In this document: positions 20,870 to 29,740 of the stretch, piece by piece | How positions within the stretch are numbered: position 1 is the first letter of the stretch | Layout: each line of letters starts with the position of its first letter | Assembly (NCBI GenBank): GCA_012523305.1 | Contig: JAAYIV010000141.1 | Span: 5,161 to 69,160, forward strand | Length of the DNA: 64,000 bases | Source: Spirochaetales bacterium | GTDB taxonomy: Bacteria; Spirochaetota; Spirochaetia; Sphaerochaetales; Sphaerochaetaceae | Direction: 5' to 3' | Notes under the pieces: generated by a model | Told to the model about the DNA's origin: nothing | Databases searched by the model: none | Seen by the model: only the letters and a program-made list of their open reading frames with translations | Made by a program: the position numbers and the translations under genes

Positions 20870-20898
20870 AATATACGCACAAACGAGTGGACGGTCAA
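20870..20898 (-). promoter_or_regulatory. Candidate sigma-70 promoter for groES
   Basis: The minus strand reads TTGACC-17 nt-TATATT, about 70 nt upstream of the groES ATG. Confidence 0.5.
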
Positions 20899-20981
20899 GC
20901 GACATAGAAAAGAGTTTTTGAGTGTCCGATTGAAATAAGTTTTAGTATATTAAGGCTGTCGAATAGATGTGGAGTGAATAG

Positions 20982-21479
20982 ATGGTTGATAAATATAAGA
21001 AAGCACTAGCTGTTTGCAAGGCAACACTAGCCGGTCAAAGCGGACACGATCCCAAGGATACATCTGTATGTTTTTATAGATTGGGCGTGGTCTTGTCGCG
21101 CATCGGGGAAATACACCAATCTATCAGATGTTTTCATGATGCGTTCATGCTAAGAGATCCCCATCCTGTTCGGGAAAGTGAGTTTAGTGAATTTCACAGT
21201 ATTCAATTCGCACGTTATATTCTTGGGAAAAAAAAGAAATGGATCACTACCCTGGCCGAAGGGGATATGGTTCACGATCTCATCAAGAACAGATGGCATG
21301 AACTGCAGCAAGACGTACGACTTTCAGAAATACCGTTTGCAGGATCGGACAGACGCGAATGGTTTAAGACTGTTACCATAGATTTTCCTTGGGTTGGCTC
21401 TTATCAAGAGGTTAGCATGGGCATAGGGGGCGCTTTTGACCAGGAAAGCTACTCGGAATGTGTCGAAATTACTCAATAA
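20982..21479 (+). CDS. Hypothetical protein (165 aa)
   Basis: This is a clean ORF in an otherwise empty interval, with plausible coding composition. I recognise no motifs. Confidence 0.5.
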   Translation: MVDKYKKALAVCKATLAGQSGHDPKDTSVCFYRLGVVLSRIGEIHQSIRCFHDAFMLRDPHPVRESEFSEFHSIQFARYILGKKKKWITTLAEGDMVHDLIKNRWHELQQDVRLSEIPFAGSDRREWFKTVTIDFPWVGSYQEVSMGIGGAFDQESYSECVEITQ

Positions 21480-21625
21480 GACGTTGAAATTTTGTTACTG
21501 TGTTTTTTTGACACACTATGAACGTATTACACAGAATACCGTGGTTGACCGATGACTCCATCGTATTAATGTAATTGCTTGCAATAGTATAATTAATCAC
21601 AATTTGTCACACGTTCTCCTTTTTT

Positions 21626-21640
21626 TGGCATGATAAATGC
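21626..21640 (+). promoter_or_regulatory. Candidate sigma-54 (-24/-12) promoter upstream of the sigma-factor gene
   Basis: TGGCATG-ATAA-ATGC compares with the consensus TGGCACG-N4-TTGC. The GG-to-GC spacing is exactly 12 nt. It lies 21 nt upstream of ATG 21662. Confidence 0.5.
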
Positions 21641-21661
21641 TGTATCCACTGTAGGAGGCCG

Positions 21662-22534
21662 ATGATGAGTAAAAGTACCAAATTGCATACCGCAGCCGAC
21701 CAATATGAAGATGCCAATATTCTTTCAATGTATCTAAAAGAAATAAATAGAATCCCATTGATGACCAGAGAAGAAGAAGAAATCATAGCAAGAAAGGCAG
21801 CCGAAGGCGATCCTGCTTCGCGAAAACGCCTTATTGAAGCAAACCTGAGATTCGTCGTGAATGTTGCGAAGAAGTATCAGAACCAAGGCTTACCATTGAT
21901 TGATTTAATCAATGAAGGCAATATCGGTTTGATGAATGCGATTGAAAAGTATGATGTGGACAGAGGCTATCACTTCATTTCCTACGCTGTCTGGTGGATT
22001 AAGCAATCCATACTTAAAGCGATCTGCGAAAAATCACGAACCGTCCGACTTCCGTTGAACAGGGCGAACGAATTATTACAGATCCAAAAGGCTCAGCGGG
22101 TTGTCATGCATGATACTGGTGAGGAACCGACGATGGAAGAATTGGGAGAGATCACTCAGATGGATCCCAAACTTATCGGCGACCTTTTATCCATCAGCAA
22201 GGAAATGGTGAGCCTGGACGCTCCGGTATTTGGCGATCCTTCGAATTCTACCGTCGGAGACTTTATCGAGGACAATTATCGAAGCGCGGATGACATCGTG
22301 ATGGAAAATTCTTTGCGTGATGATATCAACGACGCACTGGCGATGTTGACCGAAAAAGAACGCGATATCATAGAAATGCGTTACGGATTAAACGGAGCTA
22401 TACCGATGTCCCTGAAAGAGATCGGAGAATTATACAATCTTACCAAGGAACGAATACGTCAAATAGAAAAGAAAGCCCTTGAGAGAATGAAAAATCCGAC
22501 TCGCTTGAAAATTTTGGCATCATATACTGCCTGA
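21662..22534 (+). CDS. Sigma-70-family RNA polymerase sigma factor, short group-2/RpoS-like
   Basis: 290 aa. Region 2 is LIEANLRFVVNVAKKY...DLINEGNIGLMNAIEKYD...FISYAVWWIKQSI. Region 4 is LKEIGELYNLTKERIRQIEKKALERM. It is too short for a primary sigma factor. GGAGG precedes the ATG. Confidence 0.9.
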   Translation: MMSKSTKLHTAADQYEDANILSMYLKEINRIPLMTREEEEIIARKAAEGDPASRKRLIEANLRFVVNVAKKYQNQGLPLIDLINEGNIGLMNAIEKYDVDRGYHFISYAVWWIKQSILKAICEKSRTVRLPLNRANELLQIQKAQRVVMHDTGEEPTMEELGEITQMDPKLIGDLLSISKEMVSLDAPVFGDPSNSTVGDFIEDNYRSADDIVMENSLRDDINDALAMLTEKERDIIEMRYGLNGAIPMSLKEIGELYNLTKERIRQIEKKALERMKNPTRLKILASYTA

Positions 22535-22587
22535 ACAATTGATACCCATATTTTTTTATAATGAATTTAAATAAATTCTGTTTAAAA

Positions 22588-22611
22588 GCCCTCTCTGTTG
22601 ACAGGGAGGGC
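22588..22611 (+). terminator. Stem-loop downstream of the sigma-factor gene
   Basis: GCCCTCTCTG-ttga-CAGGGAGGGC is a 10-bp stem with one G-U pair. It has only a weak T tail. Confidence 0.45.
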
Positions 22612-22685
22612 TATATCATTTACATTCAGCCCGTAGTAATTAGTGAAATATATTAAGTAAAAGAAAGACAGGGGGTTGTACAAAG

Positions 22686-25385
22686 ATGTCCAATCAAACT
22701 CACAAGTATGTGTATTTTTTCGGTGAGGGAAAAGCCGAAGGCACTGCCAAGATGAAAGAACTTTTAGGTGGAAAAGGCGCGAACCTCGCCGATATGACGT
22801 CCATAGGGTTGCCGGTACCTCCGGGATTTACAATCAGCACGGAAGCATGTGCTTATTATAGTAACAATAATGGTGCATACCCTGAAGGATTACGCGAACA
22901 AGTGTTGGAACACCTTTCCAGACTAGAACGAGTCATGGGAGCAAAATTAGGTGATCCGGAAAATCCGTTGCTCGTGTCGGTCCGTTCCGGTGCGGCCCAA
23001 TCGATGCCAGGAATGATGGATACGGTACTAAACCTCGGCATGACACCTGATTCTGTGAAAGGACTCATCAAAAAGACCGGCAACCAGCGATTCGCTTGGG
23101 ACAGCTACCGCAGATTCATGCAAATGTTCGGTGATGTGGTAATGGGAGTTCCCCACCATGATTTCGAACATGCGTTACAACAGGTTAAAGATGAAAAAGG
23201 AAAACATTTCGACACCGAACTTGATGTGGAAGATCTCAAACTGGTCATCGATAAATATAGGAAAATCTATCATGCGGTGACCAAAGAAGATTTTCCGACC
23301 GATCCGATCGACCAATTGTTCAAATCCATCGATGCGGTATTCAGATCATGGAACAATGATCGGGCTATAAAGTATAGGCAGATGAATGATATCCGCGGCT
23401 TGCTCGGAACAGCGGTCAATGTTCAATCGATGGTGTTCGGAAACATGGGAGAGACCAGTGGCACAGGAGTTGCATTCACTCGTGACCCATCGACAGGAGA
23501 AAATCATTTCTACGGTGAGTATTTGATGAATGCGCAGGGTGAGGACGTCGTTGCTGGAATCAGGACTCCTCAATCAATCGACACTCTGAAAGCTGTCAAC
23601 AAAGATGTATACAATCAACTTCTTGATATCCGCAGTCTGCTCGAAAAGCATTACAAAGACATGCAGGACATCGAATTCACCATCCAAGAAGGAAAGCTCT
23701 ACATGCTGCAGACACGTAACGGTAAGAGAACGATCTTCAGTTGGCTCCGTTCACAGGTCGAGATGGTTGAAGAGGGTTTGATTACCAAAGAGATGGCGGT
23801 AAGTCGGGTTCCGGCAGGTGAATTCAATAAACTGTTTGCTCCGGTATTAGATAGTGTCGATATCCATAATAGAGGTATTGTTGAAGTTACCCGAGGTCTT
23901 AATGCTTCTCCCGGCGGTGCTTGCGGTCAAGTCTATTTCTCTGCGGAAAAAGCTGAGGAAATGGCTGCCCAAGGTAAAGAAGTGATTCTCGCCAGAGTCG
24001 AGACCAGCCCTGAAGATATCGGCGGCATGGCGGTGGCCAAAGGCGTTATCACCAGTAGAGGTGGCATGACCAGCCATGCGGCAGTCGTAGCCCGCGGCAT
24101 GGGATGCCCTTGTGTTGCCGGGGCAGGTGAAATCAGGATTGACTATGACAACCATGTGATGAACATCAATGATCAGATAATCAATGAAGGGGATTTCATA
24201 TCAATCGATGGATTTACCGGACAGATCTTCAACGCACACATTCCGGTCAAACCCTCGGAAATTGTTCAGGTGCTCAATGGCTCGATGGCTCCTTCCGATT
24301 CGTTGCTCTTCCAGAATTATAACAAGTTCATGGGGTATGTCGATGCTTTAAGAACCATGGGAGTCAGAACAAACGCTGACACTCCCAACGATGTCAGAAT
24401 GGCTGTGAAGTTAGGTGCCGAAGGAATCGGGTTGTGCAGGACCGAGCATATGTTCTTCGGCGGCCAGCGCATCATCAGCGTTCGAAAGATGATTCTTGCA
24501 AACAATAAAGTGGAACGCGAAAAAGCCTTGGCGGAATTGCTTCCGATGCAAAGAGAAGATTTCGAAGCGATTTTCGAAGCATTGAACGGTCTGCCGGCAA
24601 CGATCAGATTACTCGATCCGCCATTGCATGAGTTCTTGCCGAATGATCATACAAGCCGCCATGAAATGGCACTCCAACTTCATATCTCGGTCGAGGAAAT
24701 TGCTCAAAAAACTGCATCCTTGCATGAATTCAATCCAATGCTCGGTTTCCGCGGATGCCGTTTGGCAATTATTTACCCTGAGATCTTACGGATGCAGGTC
24801 AGGGCGATCATTGAAGCAGCTTTGAACATAAAGAAAAAGGGTATCGTGGTCCATCCTGAGATCATGATCCCGTTGGTCGGTCATTACAAAGAATTCGAAT
24901 ATGTTAAAAAGCATGCGCTGGAAGTCATCGATGAAATCTTTACTGAACGAAACGATTCCCTCGAATACAAGATCGGTACGATGATCGAAGTCCCGCGGGC
25001 TGCTATCACCGCCGATGAAATTGCAAAAAATGCGGAATTCTTCAGTTTCGGTACCAATGATCTCACTCAGATGACTTGTGGGTTCAGTCGTGACGACGCA
25101 GCAAGCTTCCTCGGTCCGTATGTGAATGATACCGACAAGCAGTTTTTCGAATACGATCCGTTCGCGACCATCGATATCGCAGGTGTTGGCAAGATGGTAA
25201 AAATTGCCGTTGATTTGGGAAAATCCACGAATCCTTCCATCAAACTCGGTATCTGTGGCGAACATGGCGGAGATCCTAAAACCATCGCGTTCTGTCAGGA
25301 AATCGGATTGCATTATGTTTCTTGTTCACCGTTCAGAGTCCCGGTAGCACGACTTGCTGCCGCTCAATCGATGTTGAAGAAATAA
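22686..25385 (+). CDS. ppdK: Pyruvate, phosphate dikinase
   Basis: 899 aa. The N-terminus is YFFGEGKAEG..MKELLGGKGANLADM. The phosphohistidine site is GGMTSHAAVVARG. The C-terminal PEP-utilising domain has FSFGTNDLTQ. Confidence 0.97.
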   Translation: MSNQTHKYVYFFGEGKAEGTAKMKELLGGKGANLADMTSIGLPVPPGFTISTEACAYYSNNNGAYPEGLREQVLEHLSRLERVMGAKLGDPENPLLVSVRSGAAQSMPGMMDTVLNLGMTPDSVKGLIKKTGNQRFAWDSYRRFMQMFGDVVMGVPHHDFEHALQQVKDEKGKHFDTELDVEDLKLVIDKYRKIYHAVTKEDFPTDPIDQLFKSIDAVFRSWNNDRAIKYRQMNDIRGLLGTAVNVQSMVFGNMGETSGTGVAFTRDPSTGENHFYGEYLMNAQGEDVVAGIRTPQSIDTLKAVNKDVYNQLLDIRSLLEKHYKDMQDIEFTIQEGKLYMLQTRNGKRTIFSWLRSQVEMVEEGLITKEMAVSRVPAGEFNKLFAPVLDSVDIHNRGIVEVTRGLNASPGGACGQVYFSAEKAEEMAAQGKEVILARVETSPEDIGGMAVAKGVITSRGGMTSHAAVVARGMGCPCVAGAGEIRIDYDNHVMNINDQIINEGDFISIDGFTGQIFNAHIPVKPSEIVQVLNGSMAPSDSLLFQNYNKFMGYVDALRTMGVRTNADTPNDVRMAVKLGAEGIGLCRTEHMFFGGQRIISVRKMILANNKVEREKALAELLPMQREDFEAIFEALNGLPATIRLLDPPLHEFLPNDHTSRHEMALQLHISVEEIAQKTASLHEFNPMLGFRGCRLAIIYPEILRMQVRAIIEAALNIKKKGIVVHPEIMIPLVGHYKEFEYVKKHALEVIDEIFTERNDSLEYKIGTMIEVPRAAITADEIAKNAEFFSFGTNDLTQMTCGFSRDDAASFLGPYVNDTDKQFFEYDPFATIDIAGVGKMVKIAVDLGKSTNPSIKLGICGEHGGDPKTIAFCQEIGLHYVSCSPFRVPVARLAAAQSMLKK

Positions 25386-25410
25386 GAAAACTTTTCGCTA
25401 CTCAACCGAT

Positions 25411-25433
25411 GACCGCTTGCTTTGCGAGCGGTC
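25411..25433 (+). terminator. Stem-loop downstream of ppdK
   Basis: GACCGCTTGC-ttt-GCGAGCGGTC is followed by AAATTTT. Confidence 0.5.
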
Positions 25434-25454
25434 AAATTTTGTGTAGTGACCTTA

Positions 25455-26153
25455 TTAATCTTTTGAGCTGTGGTTAACTGATTTGTCAGAATGGTTTTGT
25501 TGATCTGAAGATTGGAATCTTTTTGTGGTTTTAAGTTGGAAAACAATACCGATGATTGCGATTACGATCCAACCGTAGGTGAATTTTGACGTGCATGTGG
25601 TTAATAATTCATACGATTCTTTTATAAAAGATGCGTCAGAGAACATGTTGAACACGCTTTGGAAGTCGCTGGATTGTGTAACTGAGAGAATATTCTGACC
25701 GATACATGTACCGGAAACTACGATAGCAATCAAAACAGCACCTGAAAATGAGGTAAACCCAATTATCAAAAATTTTCTGAAAAAAACTGCTGAAACCGCA
25801 CCGATTACCGCCAGTATGATACTTAAGATAGCGTTGGAAAAAGGAAAGAATGAAATAATTATCTGTCCTAGCAAAATACCTGCGATCGCACCGGCGAAGA
25901 GCGATGGCACTATACGAAACAATATCATGAGGCAAGCACCGGCAATGGCACCGATGGCCAATGCTATGTTCAACCCCGTGTTACCCAATAAGAAAATATT
26001 GGCAGCTGCATACCCTCCGACAATTAATCCGATCACCGCTCCGGTGATGATAATGAGAATTTTAAATACCCTATAACCAATGGTCAGCGCGATAAAACCG
26101 ATCAGAAACAACATCATCGAAACAATTATCGGTAGCCTTTCGGGAAAATCCAT
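25455..26153 (-). CDS. Polytopic integral membrane protein, function unknown
   Basis: 232 aa with about 7 Gly/Ala/Ile-rich predicted TM helices and a hydrophilic C-terminal tail. Confidence 0.7.
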   Translation of the reverse strand: MDFPERLPIIVSMMLFLIGFIALTIGYRVFKILIIITGAVIGLIVGGYAAANIFLLGNTGLNIALAIGAIAGACLMILFRIVPSLFAGAIAGILLGQIIISFFPFSNAILSIILAVIGAVSAVFFRKFLIIGFTSFSGAVLIAIVVSGTCIGQNILSVTQSSDFQSVFNMFSDASFIKESYELLTTCTSKFTYGWIVIAIIGIVFQLKTTKRFQSSDQQNHSDKSVNHSSKD

Positions 26154-26372
26154 TATACCGCTCCCAACGATCAGCGTATGCCTTGACCCGAATGATTACC
26201 AGAAACCATCCTTATGCTTTAAGAAGAAAGCCACGGTCAATCATCGCCCGTCACTGACAATAGTAATTGGAATACTCAGGAGTGTCAAAATATTTTAATG
26301 GGTTCGTGCTATCTCGATAAAATCAAGCATTATTCCGCACAAGCGATGCAACAGGATCGGAATTGCGGTAAT

Positions 26373-26444
26373 AGCCAAAAGTGGGAATTGAACCCACGAC
26401 CTGCGCATTACGAGTGCGCTGCTCTACCGCTGAGCTATTTTGGC
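26373..26444 (-). tRNA. tRNA-Thr (anticodon CGU)
   Basis: The minus strand reads GCCAAAATAGCTCAGCGGTAGAGCAGCGCACTCGTAATGCGCAGGTCGTGGGTTCAATTCCCACTTTTGGCT. It folds into a full cloverleaf with anticodon loop CTCGTAA. No CCA is encoded. Confidence 0.95.
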
Positions 26445-26537
26445 ATCTTTGCGAACGGCACTAAGGTAACGGATTTTATTCACAATTGCAAGTAGGAACG
26501 TAAGGCTATTGACCAATCGCCAGATAGTCCGTACTGT

Positions 26538-26786
26538 ATGTCAACGGAAAAACGATCCGTAATGGAGTTCATTCTGGAAAAGAAATTTGTACGTCACAAA
26601 GCAGAATCTTCGTTGCCTGACGAATTGGTCATACGAGTGCATGTAAAGCGAAAACCATTGGTCCGTGGCGAATCATGGACCCCTCTGGTCGCTGAATTTT
26701 TCATGGAACTCTATCCCGATTTTATCGAAAGCGGATTGTCTCTTGACGATCTGGATCTTGATATACTTGGTGAAAGTTACGAATGA
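26538..26786 (+). CDS. Small hypothetical protein (82 aa, acidic C-terminus)
   Basis: The ORF ends in ATGA overlap with the tsaD start, which suggests translational coupling. I recognise no motifs, and the start is uncertain. Confidence 0.35.
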   Translation: MSTEKRSVMEFILEKKFVRHKAESSLPDELVIRVHVKRKPLVRGESWTPLVAEFFMELYPDFIESGLSLDDLDLDILGESYE

Positions 26787-27796
26787 AAGTACTTGGAATC
26801 GAAACTTCATGTGACGAATGCTCTGCCGCCGTCGTTGAAGACGGATCGGTAATTCTCAGTAATGTCATCGCCACACAGATTGAGTTGCACAAACCATACC
26901 AGGGAGTTGTTCCGGAAATCGCATCGCGCTTACACACTCAATGGATATCCCAAGTAGTCAGCGCAGCATTGAAACAGGCCAAGCTTTCCATCGAATGCAT
27001 TGACGCTATTGCGGTCACCAACAGACCGGGGTTGCTCGGCTCATTGCTGGTAGGGGTGAATTTTGCGAAGGCGATGGCTGCCACATTGGGTATCCCGCTT
27101 GTTGGAATCGATCACATCAGGGCACATCTCTATGCGTCCCAAGTAGAACATCCACTCGAATACCCATACCTTGGCGTATTGATTTCAGGCGGGCATACGG
27201 TGATCTGCAAAGTCAACGGTTATGATGAAATCGACGTCATGGGGACTACGATTGACGATGCGATAGGAGAAGCTTTCGATAAGGTCGCAAAGCACTACGG
27301 ATTCGGATATCCCGGAGGCGTGATGATCGATAGGCTTGCCCAGAAAGGCGATCCGCTCGCCTTTTTGTTTCCAGGACCTTCGCTTCAAAAGGGAGACCAT
27401 CCCTATGACGTATCCTACTCTGGCTTAAAAACAGCTGCAATAAACCAACTCGACCAATTTTGGAACGGTAGCGCAGAAAAATCTGATGAAAATATCGCTG
27501 CTTCTTTCCAGAGGAGTGCAATTAACATCCTTACGAAACGGATTCGAAAGGCTTTGGATGATACCAAATTGAACCGTATGGCCGTAGGCGGCGGGGTAGC
27601 CGCCAATTCGTTGGTTCGTAGAGAACTCACATCCATTGACAAAGTAGAAGTCGCCTTCCCTTCGATGAAGTTATGTACTGACAACGGAGCGATGATCGCA
27701 GCGCTGGGTTACCGCTATATCGCAGATGGTCACGTTTCTCCTTATGATTTGAAAACATCAGCGCGTGTAGCCGCTTTCAAAAGAAGTTACCCTTGA
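26783..27796 (+). CDS. tsaD: tRNA N6-adenosine threonylcarbamoyltransferase TsaD
   Basis: MKVLGIETSCDE, the HxxxH-type motif IDHIRAHL, VLISGGHT and GGVAAN are present. Confidence 0.95.
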   Translation: MKVLGIETSCDECSAAVVEDGSVILSNVIATQIELHKPYQGVVPEIASRLHTQWISQVVSAALKQAKLSIECIDAIAVTNRPGLLGSLLVGVNFAKAMAATLGIPLVGIDHIRAHLYASQVEHPLEYPYLGVLISGGHTVICKVNGYDEIDVMGTTIDDAIGEAFDKVAKHYGFGYPGGVMIDRLAQKGDPLAFLFPGPSLQKGDHPYDVSYSGLKTAAINQLDQFWNGSAEKSDENIAASFQRSAINILTKRIRKALDDTKLNRMAVGGGVAANSLVRRELTSIDKVEVAFPSMKLCTDNGAMIAALGYRYIADGHVSPYDLKTSARVAAFKRSYP

Positions 27797-27817
27797 ATCA
27801 GGCCTTCCTGACAGGTC

Positions 27818-27846
27818 TTGACAATCTTATCCTGTTCCATTACATT
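27818..27846 (+). promoter_or_regulatory. Candidate sigma-70 promoter for the tRNA-Gln/tRNA-Glu pair
   Basis: TTGACA-17 nt-TACATT ends about 18 nt before the tRNA-Gln 5' end. Confidence 0.55.
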
Positions 27847-27864
27847 GCAACAGGATTTGTTAGT

Positions 27865-27935
27865 TGGGATGTAGTGTAATGGTAACACTGCAGATTCTGG
27901 TTCTGCCTTTAGGGGTTCGAATCCCTTCATCCCAG
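27865..27935 (+). tRNA. tRNA-Gln (anticodon CUG)
   Basis: TGGGATGTAGTGTAATGGTAACACTGCAGATTCTGGTTCTGCCTTTAGGGGTTCGAATCCCTTCATCCCAG. The anticodon stem is GCAGA/TCTGC with loop TTCTGGT. No CCA is encoded. Confidence 0.9.
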
Positions 27936-27945
27936 TAACCGATTT

Positions 27946-28017
27946 GGTCCCTTCGTCTATCGGCTAGGACAAGAGATTCTCAGTCTCTAGAGAGGGGTTC
28001 GATTCCCCTAGGGACTA
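27946..28017 (+). tRNA. tRNA-Glu (anticodon CUC)
   Basis: GGTCCCTTCGTCTATCGGCTAGGACAAGAGATTCTCAGTCTCTAGAGAGGGGTTCGATTCCCCTAGGGACTA. The anticodon stem is AGAGA/TCTCT with loop TTCTCAG. No CCA is encoded. Confidence 0.9.
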
Positions 28018-28019
28018 AA

Positions 28020-28045
28020 GCCAGCCTTCAACGGGCTGGCTTTTT
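28020..28045 (+). terminator. Rho-independent terminator after the tRNA pair
   Basis: GCCAGCC-ttcaacg-GGCTGGC-TTTTT. Confidence 0.8.
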
Positions 28046-28085
28046 CATGCGAATATGTGTAGGATATTTTCGAAAAGGACGTTAC

Positions 28086-29723
28086 ATGATTACAGCATCG
28101 AACATTTCACTTTCTTATGGCACGCAAATCCTCTTTAAAGAGGTGAATATCAAATTCACTCCTGGTAATTGCTATGGAATCATCGGGGCCAACGGTGCGG
28201 GAAAGTCAACGTTTCTCAAGATACTCTCGGGTGAGATTGAAGCCGATACCGGAGAAATCATCGTCACTTTCGGAGAGCGGATGGCGGTACTCAAGCAGGA
28301 TCATTTCGAATTCAACGATTTCCAAGTGATTGAAACGGTCATCATGGGTCACGAACATCTGTATCAAGTGATGACCGAACGGGATCAGATTTACGCAAAA
28401 GAGGACTTTACCGAAGAAGATGGCATCAGGGCTGCTGAATTGGAAGGTGTGTTCGCAGAGTTAGGCGGTTGGGAAGCCGAGGCACAGGCCGCAGTGATGC
28501 TTAGCGGCTTGGGAATTCCTGAAAAACTGCAGCAATCAAAAATGGCCGACATAGAGGATAACCTTAAGGTTCGAGTATTGCTGGCACAAGCTCTGTTCGG
28601 CAATCCTGATATCCTGTTATTGGACGAACCGACAAACCACTTGGACTTGGAATCGATCCATTGGCTTGAAAATTTTTTAGGTGAATTCACGAACACCGTG
28701 ATAGTCGTCAGCCACGACAGACATTTTCTCAACTCGGTCTGTACCCATATCGCCGATATAGATTTCGGAAAAATCCAATTGTACGTAGGCAACTATGATT
28801 TCTGGTACTTGTCCAGTCAATTGGCAATGAAGCAGATGAAGGATGAGAAGCGGAGAAGGGAAGACAAGATCGCCGAATTAAAGGAATTCATCCAACGCTT
28901 CAGCTCGAACCTATCAAAAGCCAGACAGGCCACAAGCAGGAAGAAACTGATTGATAAACTCACCATAGATGATATAAAACCATCATTAAGAAGATTCCCG
29001 TACGTAGCGTTCAAACCTGAACGGGAATGCGGGAAAATCATACTTGAAGTAAAGAACCTGACAAAGACAATCGATGGTGAAAAAGTACTGAATAATTTTA
29101 GTGTGAGCGTACAAAACGGAGATAAGATTGCCTTTGTCGGTCCGAACCATTATGCCAAAACAGTATTTTTCCAGATTATCAGCGGCAGAATGGAGCCGGA
29201 CAGTGGGTCTTTTGATTGGGGTGTCACCATCAAGCCGAGCTATTTCCCGAAAGACAACGCCTATTTCTTTACCGAACACATGTCGATAACCGATTGGTTG
29301 CGTCAATATTCTGTTGAAAAGGATGATACGTTCGTACGATCGTTCCTCGGGCGGATGCTTTTCACCGGAGATGAATCACTGAAGGATTGTACCGTGCTCA
29401 GCGGCGGAGAAAAAGTCCGCTGTATATTGGCCAAGATGATGCTCGAGCAAGGAAATGTACTCATCCTTGACGAACCGACCAGTCATCTTGATTTGGAAGC
29501 GATCACCGCATTGAACGATGCATTGATTTCATTTACAGGCGTGGTGCTCTTCAATAGCCATGACCATCAATTCGTGGATACTATTGCCAATCGTATCATC
29601 GAGTTCGCACCCAATGGTAATGTTATTGACAAGATCATCGGACTTGAAGAATATTTAGCCAATGAAGATATTCGCTCATTACGGGATGAATACTATGGAT
29701 CGCACAGCGGGGTAACCATTTAA
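28086..29723 (+). CDS. ABC-F family ATPase (two ABC domains, no TM domain)
   Basis: It has two Walker A motifs (GANGAGKST; the second, degenerate one is GPNHYAKTV), two signature motifs (NLKVRV / LSGGEKVR) and two Walker B motifs (LLLDEPTNHLD / LILDEPTSHLD). ATG 28086 is chosen because the ORF-track start at 28047 abuts the terminator. Confidence 0.9.
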   Translation: MITASNISLSYGTQILFKEVNIKFTPGNCYGIIGANGAGKSTFLKILSGEIEADTGEIIVTFGERMAVLKQDHFEFNDFQVIETVIMGHEHLYQVMTERDQIYAKEDFTEEDGIRAAELEGVFAELGGWEAEAQAAVMLSGLGIPEKLQQSKMADIEDNLKVRVLLAQALFGNPDILLLDEPTNHLDLESIHWLENFLGEFTNTVIVVSHDRHFLNSVCTHIADIDFGKIQLYVGNYDFWYLSSQLAMKQMKDEKRRREDKIAELKEFIQRFSSNLSKARQATSRKKLIDKLTIDDIKPSLRRFPYVAFKPERECGKIILEVKNLTKTIDGEKVLNNFSVSVQNGDKIAFVGPNHYAKTVFFQIISGRMEPDSGSFDWGVTIKPSYFPKDNAYFFTEHMSITDWLRQYSVEKDDTFVRSFLGRMLFTGDESLKDCTVLSGGEKVRCILAKMMLEQGNVLILDEPTSHLDLEAITALNDALISFTGVVLFNSHDHQFVDTIANRIIEFAPNGNVIDKIIGLEEYLANEDIRSLRDEYYGSHSGVTI

Positions 29724-29740
29724 AAAAAAGGAGCAAGCCT

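Noticed and set aside
20799-20981. A CIRCE/HrcA operator upstream of groES.
   Set aside because: No match to TTAGCACTC-N9-GAGTGCTAA on either strand. Only the unrelated TTTCGT/ACGAAA inverted repeat is present, and that is reported separately.
21499-21515. The inverted repeat TGTGT-ttttttg-ACACA, as an enhancer (UAS) for the sigma-54 activator or a terminator of the upstream ORF.
   Set aside because: The stem is only 5 bp and AT-rich. The T-run is in the loop rather than after the stem. It does not resemble known NtrC-type sites. It is too weak to call.
26298-26495. A 65-aa ORF on the plus strand.
   Set aside because: It overlaps the minus-strand tRNA-Thr gene (26373-26444), and its sequence is explained by the tRNA.
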